Positions 28,227 to 36,743 of a stretch of DNA of 64,000 bases are shown here, in pieces. This DNA is from Planctomycetes bacterium GWF2_41_51 (GTDB lineage Bacteria; Planctomycetota; Phycisphaerae; Sedimentisphaerales; UBA12454), in the NCBI GenBank assembly GCA_001825665.1, contig MHXZ01000078.1:5729-69728 (forward strand), in the 5' to 3' direction. The position numbers were made by a program, and so were the translations under genes. Every line of letters starts with the position of its first letter. Positions within the stretch are counted from its first letter, which is position 1. The notes beneath the pieces were generated by a model, which was not told the origin of the DNA, did no database searches, and worked only from the letters and a program-made list of their open reading frames with translations.

Positions 28227-28532
28227 TTACGATTCAGGATTGAACGTCAGACAGCTTGCCTTATCGCTTCGATGGCCGATGGTTACTCCTTCGGCTGCGC
28301 ATTCCAGTCGATCGTTATACATGCAGTCGCTCATTCGACACGCACCGACGTGTCCCATTTGGGTTGGATCGCCTGCTTTGATGTTGCTGCTTTGGTTTTT
28401 AGACCAGAATGTATCGCACATTGGCGATTGTGTCTCGGCATCTCCTACCGTTATCGCCTTTGCATGGCATTGATTATGTTTGTTGTAAGCACAATCTGTC
28501 ATATCACAAGTTTGAACATGTGGCATTTGCAT
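28227..28532 (-). CDS. DUF1540 domain protein (Cys/His-rich)
   Basis: Two copies of the C..TDC.YN....C.A..I.VG-like motif, typical of DUF1540. Confidence 0.7.
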   Translation of the reverse strand: MQMPHVQTCDMTDCAYNKHNQCHAKAITVGDAETQSPMCDTFWSKNQSSNIKAGDPTQMGHVGACRMSDCMYNDRLECAAEGVTIGHRSDKASCLTFNPES

Positions 28533-28841
28533 AATATCGCCTTTCTATATCATATCGGTAACGAGATTAACACCAGGGCATGCAGTACTAAATCGGTTTT
28601 CTCCTTAAATTGCCTTGCTGTAATGCTGAAGCACTTCAAGCGGCAAAAAAGTCCGATAAGTTAAGAATATTTAGTCCACTTTAAATTTCATCATACATTT
28701 ATCAGCATAAGTTATTCCACCAAAAGGGGTTATAAAATTTTCCTGTTTTTACCTTTTTTTGCTGCACTTTAAAGAAGTCGCCTTTAGTTCTTGTCGATAA
28801 AAACTTATCAAATATGAAACTATAAACCGGAGTTTTTTAAA

Positions 28842-30824
28842 ATGGACAAGACAGGCAGACAAACATCTACGATACCCGTGGTCGTGATAGCTTTGAGTCT
28901 TGCCGGTGTCATTGTACTTTGGTTTTATTCCAATACAGAAGAAAGTTTAATTAAATCACTGATACTGTTATGTTTGCTAAGTTGTATCAGTCTTGGAATT
29001 TTCATACTTATTTCCAGATACCTCAAGGCTCGTCATAATGAGCTTAAAAGTTTAATCAGCCATCTTACAACCGAAGTTGACGCTCAGAATTCCAGGCTTG
29101 AAGCCTCGAAACTTCAGGCTGACCAGATAAACCAGCAGCTTCAGCTTTCTGTCAAATATGCAAACACTATGTCTCAGCAGGCAGCCGAAGCGACCCGCTC
29201 GAAAGGCGAGTTTCTCGCCGGTATGAGTCATCACATTCGTACCCCGATGAATGCGATTATCGGTTTCAGTGAAATTCTTATAGAAGACGACCTTACCCCT
29301 GTTCAGCAGAACCAGGTCAAAATTATTCGCGACAGCAGCAGAGCGCTTCTGCGATTAATAAATGACCTTTTCGATTTCTCTAAAATCGAATCAGGCAGAT
29401 TTGAAGTTGATAACAATTCCGACGTCAACGTCAATGGTGTTCTCAAGTCAGTTGATGCTATTATGCAGCCTGCCGCCATCGAAAAAGGCCTTATTTTTGA
29501 AATCATCCGCCAGCCGGGCGCCGACAACGACGATCTCTGCGTTCACGCCGATGCTTCAAGATTTAAACAGTGCCTTATGAATCTTGTCGGAAATGCCGTC
29601 AAATTCACAAAGAAGGGTTTTGTCCGCGTCAGAGTTTCCAGCGCAAAAGAAAGCGGAAAACCATTTATCAGGTTCGACGTCGAAGACAGCGGTATCGGTA
29701 TTGCCGCCGAAAATCTGAACCGCATTTTCGAACCTTTCTCGCAAATTGAAACATCCGATGGCTTGATTAATCATCAGTTCTCAAGTACAGGTCTGGGCCT
29801 TGCTGTAACACACTATATTGCTGAAATGCTCGGCGGCAAATTGGTTGTCAGCAGCACATTTTCCAAAGGTTCGGTATTTTCTTTATATGTCCCGGCAACT
29901 GTCACTGATGCCGCCGTCAAGGAACAGCCTCAGGTTAAAACACCTGCCGCAAAAGAACCAAACGTAACCACCCCTGAAATGTTTGATGTAAAGCTTTCAG
30001 GTAAAATTCTCGTCGCCGAAGACAGTCCCACAAACCAGACCCTCATCGATTTGATATTGAAAAAAGTCGGCCTGAAAACAAAAATTGTGGACAATGGTCT
30101 TTTAGCCGTCCAGAAAATTGCCGAAGAAAAATTCGACTTAATTTTGATGGATATTCAGATGCCTGTGATGAATGGTTTTGAAGCCACAAGGCAGATTAAA
30201 AAAGATCATCCTGAAATACCGATTGTTGCGCTTACCGCCTGCGCTATGATGGGCGACGATGAAAAATGTTACTCCGCTGGCTGTGACGGTTATCTTACAA
30301 AGCCCATCGACAGGAAAAAACTTATCGAGACCCTTAAAAAGTATCTTTCTGCTGAAAACAAAAAGCAGAATCAAAACGTTAATAATATAAATCTGGACTC
30401 ACAGGAGAATAGAATGATTCAGAGTGAAACGAATTTTCAGACCGGGGAAATTGAAATTGACTGGCAGCTTCTGATGGAGAGAATCGGAGATGAAGCTCTC
30501 GTTGATGAAATTATGCCGGTTTTTCTTAAAGATAACAAGGAGAGAATCCAATTGCTCGCAGAGGCGGTTAAGAGGAACGATTCAGGTGAAGTTAAATTTT
30601 ATGCCCATTCAATCAAAGGTGCCTGCGGTACAATCGGTGCCCCCACATTGTTTGAACTTGGCAAACAGCTCGAAAACGCCGGACGGCTCGAAGAGACCGA
30701 CAAATATGCTCCGCTTTTCGAACAGATTAAAACCCACTTCGACAGCCTGCTGGCGCTTCTAAACCATAGCGATTGGAAGCAAATCGTAAAAAACGCTCAG
30801 GCACCCGCACGCCGAACTTCTTAA
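28842..30824 (+). CDS. hybrid sensor histidine kinase / response regulator with C-terminal Hpt domain
   Basis: TM helices and a coiled coil. H-box FLAGMSHHIRTPMN, HATPase (DSGIGI, STGLGLAV), REC (ILVAEDSPTN...LILMDIQMPVMNG) and Hpt (HSIKGACGTIGA). Confidence 0.92.
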   Translation: MDKTGRQTSTIPVVVIALSLAGVIVLWFYSNTEESLIKSLILLCLLSCISLGIFILISRYLKARHNELKSLISHLTTEVDAQNSRLEASKLQADQINQQLQLSVKYANTMSQQAAEATRSKGEFLAGMSHHIRTPMNAIIGFSEILIEDDLTPVQQNQVKIIRDSSRALLRLINDLFDFSKIESGRFEVDNNSDVNVNGVLKSVDAIMQPAAIEKGLIFEIIRQPGADNDDLCVHADASRFKQCLMNLVGNAVKFTKKGFVRVRVSSAKESGKPFIRFDVEDSGIGIAAENLNRIFEPFSQIETSDGLINHQFSSTGLGLAVTHYIAEMLGGKLVVSSTFSKGSVFSLYVPATVTDAAVKEQPQVKTPAAKEPNVTTPEMFDVKLSGKILVAEDSPTNQTLIDLILKKVGLKTKIVDNGLLAVQKIAEEKFDLILMDIQMPVMNGFEATRQIKKDHPEIPIVALTACAMMGDDEKCYSAGCDGYLTKPIDRKKLIETLKKYLSAENKKQNQNVNNINLDSQENRMIQSETNFQTGEIEIDWQLLMERIGDEALVDEIMPVFLKDNKERIQLLAEAVKRNDSGEVKFYAHSIKGACGTIGAPTLFELGKQLENAGRLEETDKYAPLFEQIKTHFDSLLALLNHSDWKQIVKNAQAPARRTS

Positions 30825-30851
30825 ATTAGAAGCTCTAATCCACTCTTTATA

Positions 30852-30880
30852 TTGACTTTTGCCCTTTTGGACACTAACAT
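30852..30880 (+). promoter_or_regulatory. candidate sigma70 promoter for tRNA-Leu
   Basis: TTGACT, 17-nt spacer, TAACAT, ending 10 nt before the first tRNA base. Confidence 0.5.
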
Positions 30881-30890
30881 AGTCATTATT

Positions 30891-30974
<84 letters not shown>

Positions 30975-30995
30975 GTCTTTATAAAATGGCTTAAT

Positions 30996-31742
30996 GTGGC
31001 TGACAAAAAAATCAAAGCAGTTCTCTTTGACCTTGGCGATACCCTGCTCAACTACGGCAAAATCGACCCGCACGAACCATTTTTCAAAGCCGCAAAGCAA
31101 ACATGGATTTGGCTAAAAGAACAGGGCCAGGCCGCCGGCTGGCAATGGCTTTACACTTTCAGGAATCTCCTGTCCGTTCACCTGCGAATTATATGGTCGC
31201 ATTTCACAGGCCACGATTTCGACTCATTGCAGGTTATGAAAAATCTCGGCAAAAAAATGGGCCATCAGCTCACCGACCAGCAGTACGAAGACCTGGTCTG
31301 GCTCTGGTATGACCCGCTGGCAAAATTAGTTACAATCGAACCGAACCTCCATCAAACCCTCGCTTCGCTTCGTGACAAAGGTTTGAAAATGGCAATTGTT
31401 TCAAATACTTTCGTTTCCGCTTCCGTCCTCAACAGGCACATCAGGGAACTTGGCCTTTACGAATTTTTTGAATTCATCTACTATTCATATATGTTCAACA
31501 AGCGAAAGCCTCATCCCGAAATGTTCCTCGCTGCCGCTAAACAGCTCAATCTTGCACCTTCTGAAATTATTTTCGTAGGCGACAGAATCGACAACGATAT
31601 GGTCGGCAGTATCGGCGTGGGTATGACTCCGGTTCTGAAAAAAGCTCATTCTAATTTTAAAAAAAATGTTCCGCCGCAAGTAACACAGATAAACAGCATC
31701 TCTGAACTTCCTGCGTTAGTAGATAAAATCAACAATGTTTAA
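30996..31742 (+). CDS. HAD superfamily hydrolase
   Basis: Motif I VLFDLGDTLL, motif II VSNT, motif IV VGDRIDNDMVG. GTG start. Confidence 0.82.
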   Translation: MADKKIKAVLFDLGDTLLNYGKIDPHEPFFKAAKQTWIWLKEQGQAAGWQWLYTFRNLLSVHLRIIWSHFTGHDFDSLQVMKNLGKKMGHQLTDQQYEDLVWLWYDPLAKLVTIEPNLHQTLASLRDKGLKMAIVSNTFVSASVLNRHIRELGLYEFFEFIYYSYMFNKRKPHPEMFLAAAKQLNLAPSEIIFVGDRIDNDMVGSIGVGMTPVLKKAHSNFKKNVPPQVTQINSISELPALVDKINNV

Positions 31743-31754
31743 ATAGGCGCATCA

Positions 31755-32744
31755 ATGACAAAAAAAATTAAATGGGGAATCGTCGGTACAGGAGGTATCG
31801 CACACACGTTTGCAAAGGCATTGGCAATCCTGCCCGATGCCGAGCTTGTCGCCGTTTCGTCACGAAAAAAAGAATCCGCCGAAAAATTCGCCGCAGAGTT
31901 TAATATTCCAAATACCTATATTGGCGCAGATTCGCTCGCCCGGGACAAAAATATCGACATCGCATATATCTCATCAATCCATCCCGCCCATAAAAGCGAT
32001 ACTTTGAACTGCCTCAACGGCGGCAAAGCAGTCCTCTGCGAAAAACCCTTCGCAATGAACGGCCTCCAAGCTGCACAAATGATTGATTGCGCAGCAAAAA
32101 ATAAATTATTTCTTATGGAAGCGATGTGGACGTATTTTTTCCCCGCAATCGCTGAAATCCGTCAAATTATTTCCAATGGCGATATCGGCGAAGTTCGTCT
32201 CGTTAATGCCAACTTCTGTTTCAATAAAGAAGATGACCCGCTCGGCAGACTCATCAATCCGATTTTAGGCGGCGGCACTCTGCTCGACATTGGCGTTTAC
32301 GTCATTGCCTTCACGCAAATGATTTACGGCAAAGAACCGGAAAAAATTTCAAGCCTTGCGCACATTTGCTCCGCCGGCACTGACGAACAATGCTCTATGA
32401 TTTTCGCTTATAACAATGGCGCAATGGCTTCACTCAATTGTTCTTTTCGTGTCGAATCGCCCTGCCAGGCCGCCGTTTATGGAACTAAAGGTTATATCAA
32501 AGTGCCGCACATGTTTTTCCAGCCCGATAAATTTTTAATAAAAATCGGCGACCAGCCGGAAAAAGAACATTCATTCCAGCGGCTCGGGAATGGTTACACT
32601 TACCAGGCAGTTGAAGTTATGCGTTGCCTGCGCGAAGGAAAATTGCAAAGCGACATTATGCCCTGGGATACAAGCAGAGCATTTATGAATACAATGGACA
32701 AAATCCGTCAGCAGTGGAATTTGATTTATCCCTGCGAAAAATAA
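31755..32744 (+). CDS. Gfo/Idh/MocA family oxidoreductase
   Basis: N-terminal Rossmann motif KWGIVGTGGIAHTF and the EKP motif CEKPFA. Confidence 0.87.
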   Translation: MTKKIKWGIVGTGGIAHTFAKALAILPDAELVAVSSRKKESAEKFAAEFNIPNTYIGADSLARDKNIDIAYISSIHPAHKSDTLNCLNGGKAVLCEKPFAMNGLQAAQMIDCAAKNKLFLMEAMWTYFFPAIAEIRQIISNGDIGEVRLVNANFCFNKEDDPLGRLINPILGGGTLLDIGVYVIAFTQMIYGKEPEKISSLAHICSAGTDEQCSMIFAYNNGAMASLNCSFRVESPCQAAVYGTKGYIKVPHMFFQPDKFLIKIGDQPEKEHSFQRLGNGYTYQAVEVMRCLREGKLQSDIMPWDTSRAFMNTMDKIRQQWNLIYPCEK

Positions 32745-32769
32745 AAAAGCTCTCTATACAGGAGTTGCT

Positions 32770-34353
32770 ATGAAGAAACTAATTTTTATCGCAATTACCG
32801 CAGCAATAATTTTTACCAATTTTAGTTATGCTCAATCCTCAAACTTCACAGACAAAGAGCTTGGCACAATCCCCGATAGAATCACAAACATTGTTCGAAG
32901 CCCGGACCTCCGCCATATCGCTTTGCTCGCTATTGTAAACGCCAAAAATCAGATCATCCTCGATGGCGTCCCCGGCCCCCTTTACGATACAATTGGCGAA
33001 AAATCAATCATTTTCAGTCCGGACAGCAATCACATTGCCTATGTCGCTCTGCAAAACAATAAACAAATGGTGGTTGTTGATGGAAACCAGGGCCCGCAAT
33101 TCGACGGCATCATAAAAGACAGCATCGTTTTCAGCGCCGACAGTAAACGTTTCGCTTACCTGGGAAAAAACGGAAACACAACAATCGTCGTCTTAGATAA
33201 CCAGCCGATTACCTTTGAAGAAAACATCGACGCTAAAAGCATTCCGCTCTTCAGCGGCGATGGCAAAAGAGTCGCGTTCATTGCATGGAAAGGTTCAAAA
33301 AGGTTAGTCGTCGTCGATGGCAAACCGCAGCCCGGCTACGACGATATCAGCTTCCTTGCTTTCGGCCCCAAAAATAATAATTTTGTTTACGGCGCACGAA
33401 AAAGCACAAAACGAATGGTAATTTTCGAAGGTAAACAGGGCAATGAATTCGACGAAATAGGAAAAGTCCTCGCCTTCAGTTCCAATGGCAAAAGTTTCGC
33501 ATACAGAGCGCGCACAGCCGCCAAATGGCAGGTCATCGTCAATGATTCCAACCTCCCCCCATACGATGAAGTCCTCGAAGGCTCAATCTCTTTCAGCCCC
33601 GACAGCAATCATCTCGCTTATGCCGTCAAAAGCAATTTCAAACAAATGGTCGTGCTCGATGGCAACACAGCCCAGCCTTTCGATATGATTGGCCAATCTA
33701 TGCCAATTTTCTTGAATGATAATCATTTACTTTACACCGCAAAATACGGCTTCCAGTGGCAGGTAATCGTTGACCAAACCCCCGGCCCGCTCTTCGACAA
33801 CATAAAATATGATTCTTTGAGAATCAGTCCCGACAAAAATCATTTCGCCTTCGCAGGCTGGGTAAATAACAAATGGTTCATCGTCGTCGATAACAAACAG
33901 CAAAGCGAATGCGACGATTTCACCGGCAGCATTATCTTCAGCCCCGACAGTTCACGCACCGCGTACATTATCAAACGCAGCAATAAAGATATAGTCGTAA
34001 TCGATGGAACCGCAGGCGAAGAATACGATGAAATTAAAAAAACTATCCTCTTCAGCCCCGACAGCAAACACCTTCAATACATCGCAAAGAAAAATGGTAT
34101 GTGGCAAACCATCCTCGACGGCAAACCCGGCAAAGCTTATAATGACATCCCCGAAGAATCAATCCTCTTCAGCGCAGACAGCAGCCATACAATATATATG
34201 GCAAAAGCTTATGACAAACAGATGCTCGTAGTCGATGGCATAGAAAGCCCCGCTTACGATATTATCGTTTCTTACCCGGCTGTTTCAGAAAATGGTTTTG
34301 AAACGTTAACCGCCCGCGGCAAAACCCTTTTTCGCACAACATGGAAACCGTAA
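32770..34353 (+). CDS. secreted repeat protein, about 12 tandem repeats of about 39 aa (PD40/WG-repeat-like)
   Basis: Signal peptide, then a repeated pattern I.FSPDS.H.AY.A....K..VV.DG..GP.YD.I. DNA-level recurrence of TTCAGCCCCGACAG. Confidence 0.75.
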   Translation: MKKLIFIAITAAIIFTNFSYAQSSNFTDKELGTIPDRITNIVRSPDLRHIALLAIVNAKNQIILDGVPGPLYDTIGEKSIIFSPDSNHIAYVALQNNKQMVVVDGNQGPQFDGIIKDSIVFSADSKRFAYLGKNGNTTIVVLDNQPITFEENIDAKSIPLFSGDGKRVAFIAWKGSKRLVVVDGKPQPGYDDISFLAFGPKNNNFVYGARKSTKRMVIFEGKQGNEFDEIGKVLAFSSNGKSFAYRARTAAKWQVIVNDSNLPPYDEVLEGSISFSPDSNHLAYAVKSNFKQMVVLDGNTAQPFDMIGQSMPIFLNDNHLLYTAKYGFQWQVIVDQTPGPLFDNIKYDSLRISPDKNHFAFAGWVNNKWFIVVDNKQQSECDDFTGSIIFSPDSSRTAYIIKRSNKDIVVIDGTAGEEYDEIKKTILFSPDSKHLQYIAKKNGMWQTILDGKPGKAYNDIPEESILFSADSSHTIYMAKAYDKQMLVVDGIESPAYDIIVSYPAVSENGFETLTARGKTLFRTTWKP

Positions 34354-34355
34354 GC

Positions 34356-34607
34356 CTAAGGCGATACCTTGTAAATATGATCGCCTTTGCGAACCCTGTC
34401 CGGCACTTTCAGGCCGATAGATTCTCCCGCACCAGCAGATGAAACATCATTATGGTCGACCTGAATTTCATTGACTGTCATTTCAATATCCGTCGTATGC
34501 CCTTTGATGATAATATGGTCGCCCAAATGTAATGTCCCGGTAAGCTCAATTCCCGCAGCTATGGGATGCGAAAAAAAATCCGATACTTTACCAATGTCCT
34601 CTTTCAC
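34356..34607 (-). CDS. small translation-elongation-factor-like protein (EF-Tu domain 2-like beta barrel)
   Basis: 83 aa. The GDHIIIKG...AGAGESIGLKV...KGDHIY pattern resembles GTP_EFTU_D2. Confidence 0.55.
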   Translation of the reverse strand: MKEDIGKVSDFFSHPIAAGIELTGTLHLGDHIIIKGHTTDIEMTVNEIQVDHNDVSSAGAGESIGLKVPDRVRKGDHIYKVSP

Positions 34608-34671
34608 AGTTTTTCTCCTAACTCAAAAACTGTAAATTTATCCTCTTAACTTATTTCTTCTATCAGGGCTT

Positions 34672-35115
34672 TTACTTATTTTTTATTCTTAATAATCTTA
34701 GCCCAGTTTCAGCATCAGCCTCCCTGCTTGCGTCAATACCGGCAATTTCGATTATCGTAACTTCAAGTATTAAAAATATGCTCGCTCCGCCTCTCGGACA
34801 CCCCACGATATGAGTATCGCCCCTTCCGATTCCTGCGTGCAGATGCAGTTTGGGTTTATCATCTTCCCAGTAAATCGTCCCGACGCCAAGCGTCTCGCCC
34901 GGCCCTTGAAAATTAAAAAAGTTCGCCTCTAATTTCGGCTTTTCGACTTTCGGCCCGACAACTACATCAGCTTTTCGTATCCCGCCTGTGATGAGAACCG
35001 ATGCGCATTTTATTTGTTCTTTGAGTGCGATGGATTCGATGCTGTCGTAAAGGTTCTCACCCTCAAAAAGTCTCGCCGCTATTACCCGCCCCGCTTTCCC
35101 TACTGCGTATTCCAT
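34672..35115 (-). CDS. PPC (DUF296) domain protein
   Basis: 147 aa. The GRVIAARLFEGENLYDSI...GGIRKADV...LHLHAGIG pattern is typical of PPC/DUF296. Confidence 0.72.
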   Translation of the reverse strand: MEYAVGKAGRVIAARLFEGENLYDSIESIALKEQIKCASVLITGGIRKADVVVGPKVEKPKLEANFFNFQGPGETLGVGTIYWEDDKPKLHLHAGIGRGDTHIVGCPRGGASIFLILEVTIIEIAGIDASREADAETGLRLLRIKNK

Positions 35116-35116
35116 A

Positions 35117-35503
35117 TTATTTCCCTTTTATCAGATTTATTAGATTTATATGTTTTGGTATTTCTATTTTTATTTTAGTGTGCCATCTTATCCAGACCGG
35201 AACATAGCCGATATTATGCGCGTGAATAAGTTTTTCAAGAGACCATTTCTTATTGCTGCTGTCGATCTCAATTGCATATCTGGTTCCATCCGGCTTTATG
35301 ATTATTATATCTATCAATCCTTTATAGTCATTTGTTTTTCTTGTCAGACCAAGAAAAACTTCTCTCTCAAATCCAAATTGATTTTCTTTGGCAAATGTTT
35401 GTATCACAGAAGTTATAAGTTCAGTACCTTCCGCTCTTGGCCGTTTCTTGTTGTATATACTTTCGTTTATGCTGCCTAAATATTGTTCAAGCAATTTTAT
35501 CAT
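35117..35503 (-). CDS. hypothetical protein, possible PD-(D/E)xK (Vsr/DUF559-like) nuclease fold
   Basis: 128 aa and AT-rich. GLIDIIIIKPDGTRYAIEIDSSNKKW resembles the vDf...l.iEiDg core of the Vsr/DUF559 fold. The stop lies 1 nt from the start of the PPC gene. Confidence 0.5.
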   Translation of the reverse strand: MIKLLEQYLGSINESIYNKKRPRAEGTELITSVIQTFAKENQFGFEREVFLGLTRKTNDYKGLIDIIIIKPDGTRYAIEIDSSNKKWSLEKLIHAHNIGYVPVWIRWHTKIKIEIPKHINLINLIKGK

Positions 35504-35545
35504 TTTTCACTTTTTATTTATCTGTGGCGAGGGGGCCCCCACTGG

Positions 35546-35583
35546 GGAAAAATTTTGCACAGGAATTTATTACTGTGCAAAAT
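35546..35583 (-). terminator. rho-independent terminator downstream of mcrC
   Basis: 11-bp stem ATTTTGCACAG / CTGTGCAAAAT with a 10-nt loop. A T-run follows on the minus strand. A GGGGGCCCCC palindrome lies adjacent at 35531-35540. Confidence 0.6.
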
Positions 35584-35711
35584 AGGGGGCATTCTTATAC
35601 AGGATGATTAATCGGTTCATAAAGTTTTCCATCAAAACAATCTTATTCGTTAAATCTTATCATAACCCTCCACATTTAGGAATGCGAAAAGTAGGAATTT
35701 ACCCATTTCCA

Positions 35712-36743
35712 TTAATTTACTAACGTCAGTAAATCGTTTTCAATTTGTTTCCAGCTTTGATTCAAATTTATTGTCATAACAGAAATTTTATGTCCAATAA
35801 ATTTATACTGATAGTTATAATTGGAATGCACTGTCGGATATAAAAGTATACCTTCGCAATTATTACATATAAGATCATTTTGATTTTCTTGATTTATTAA
35901 ATAAGAAAACAATTGATATAAATTACTTGAATTAAGTTTTTTTTTGTTATAATTAACTCCGAGAGCTTCTTTGTAATATTTAGCCTCTATAATTATTTTT
36001 TTATACTTTGACTCTAAAGTAATATCTGTCTGCATTTGTGGCAATACTGGCCGAGATTCATCAGTAAGAACATCAAACCGCCAATTTATATTTGTCCGTC
36101 CAACCTTATATAACGGTAAATGCTTTTTGTAAAAATTCCTTATAAACTCTTCGAAAATGGAACGCATTATTGTTTCATCTTGTATGAAATCTTTAAACTT
36201 TTTGCTGCCGTCTCCTTTTTCAAGGAGTAAATTATCAAAAATTAACTCACATACTTTCAAAAGAAAATCATAAAAATGATTGTTTCTATGTAAATTGATC
36301 CGTCTGAATAAATTCTTCGTTAACTTTATTTCGTCAACATAGTGAAGTTTGAAATAAACATTTTTAAGTTCATTATTCACTTCATCAGTGATTCCTTCGC
36401 AATGCATTATGTTTTTAATCGTACTTTTAATTATCATATTATGCAATACATTATGGCTCAATTCATCATATTCACAAAAAACTCTTGGCTGTTTAAAAAA
36501 ATTTCTTTTTAAAGTTGCGCCAAATTTAATCTTTCCTCGTATCATCTGAACTTCTTCAAAATGCTCACAATACCCCCTGTCCAATCCTTTTTTTAATAAT
36601 TGCGATACTCCTTCCGTTAAAACTTTTGCAAACAATAAAGAAACCTCATTTTTTTCAAGCTGTGATACCCTTAACGTTTCACCCTCTTTCAGGCGATTCC
36701 ACGCATAGCATAATAAATAATAAATGTTTTGAATTGGTATCAT
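35712..36743 (-). CDS. mcrC: McrC, nuclease subunit of McrBC type IV restriction system
   Basis: N-terminus NIYYLLCYAW. PD-(D/E)xK-type motif TDITLE...IIIEAKYY. 4-nt overlap with mcrB. Confidence 0.9.
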   Translation of the reverse strand: MIPIQNIYYLLCYAWNRLKEGETLRVSQLEKNEVSLLFAKVLTEGVSQLLKKGLDRGYCEHFEEVQMIRGKIKFGATLKRNFFKQPRVFCEYDELSHNVLHNMIIKSTIKNIMHCEGITDEVNNELKNVYFKLHYVDEIKLTKNLFRRINLHRNNHFYDFLLKVCELIFDNLLLEKGDGSKKFKDFIQDETIMRSIFEEFIRNFYKKHLPLYKVGRTNINWRFDVLTDESRPVLPQMQTDITLESKYKKIIIEAKYYKEALGVNYNKKKLNSSNLYQLFSYLINQENQNDLICNNCEGILLYPTVHSNYNYQYKFIGHKISVMTINLNQSWKQIENDLLTLVN

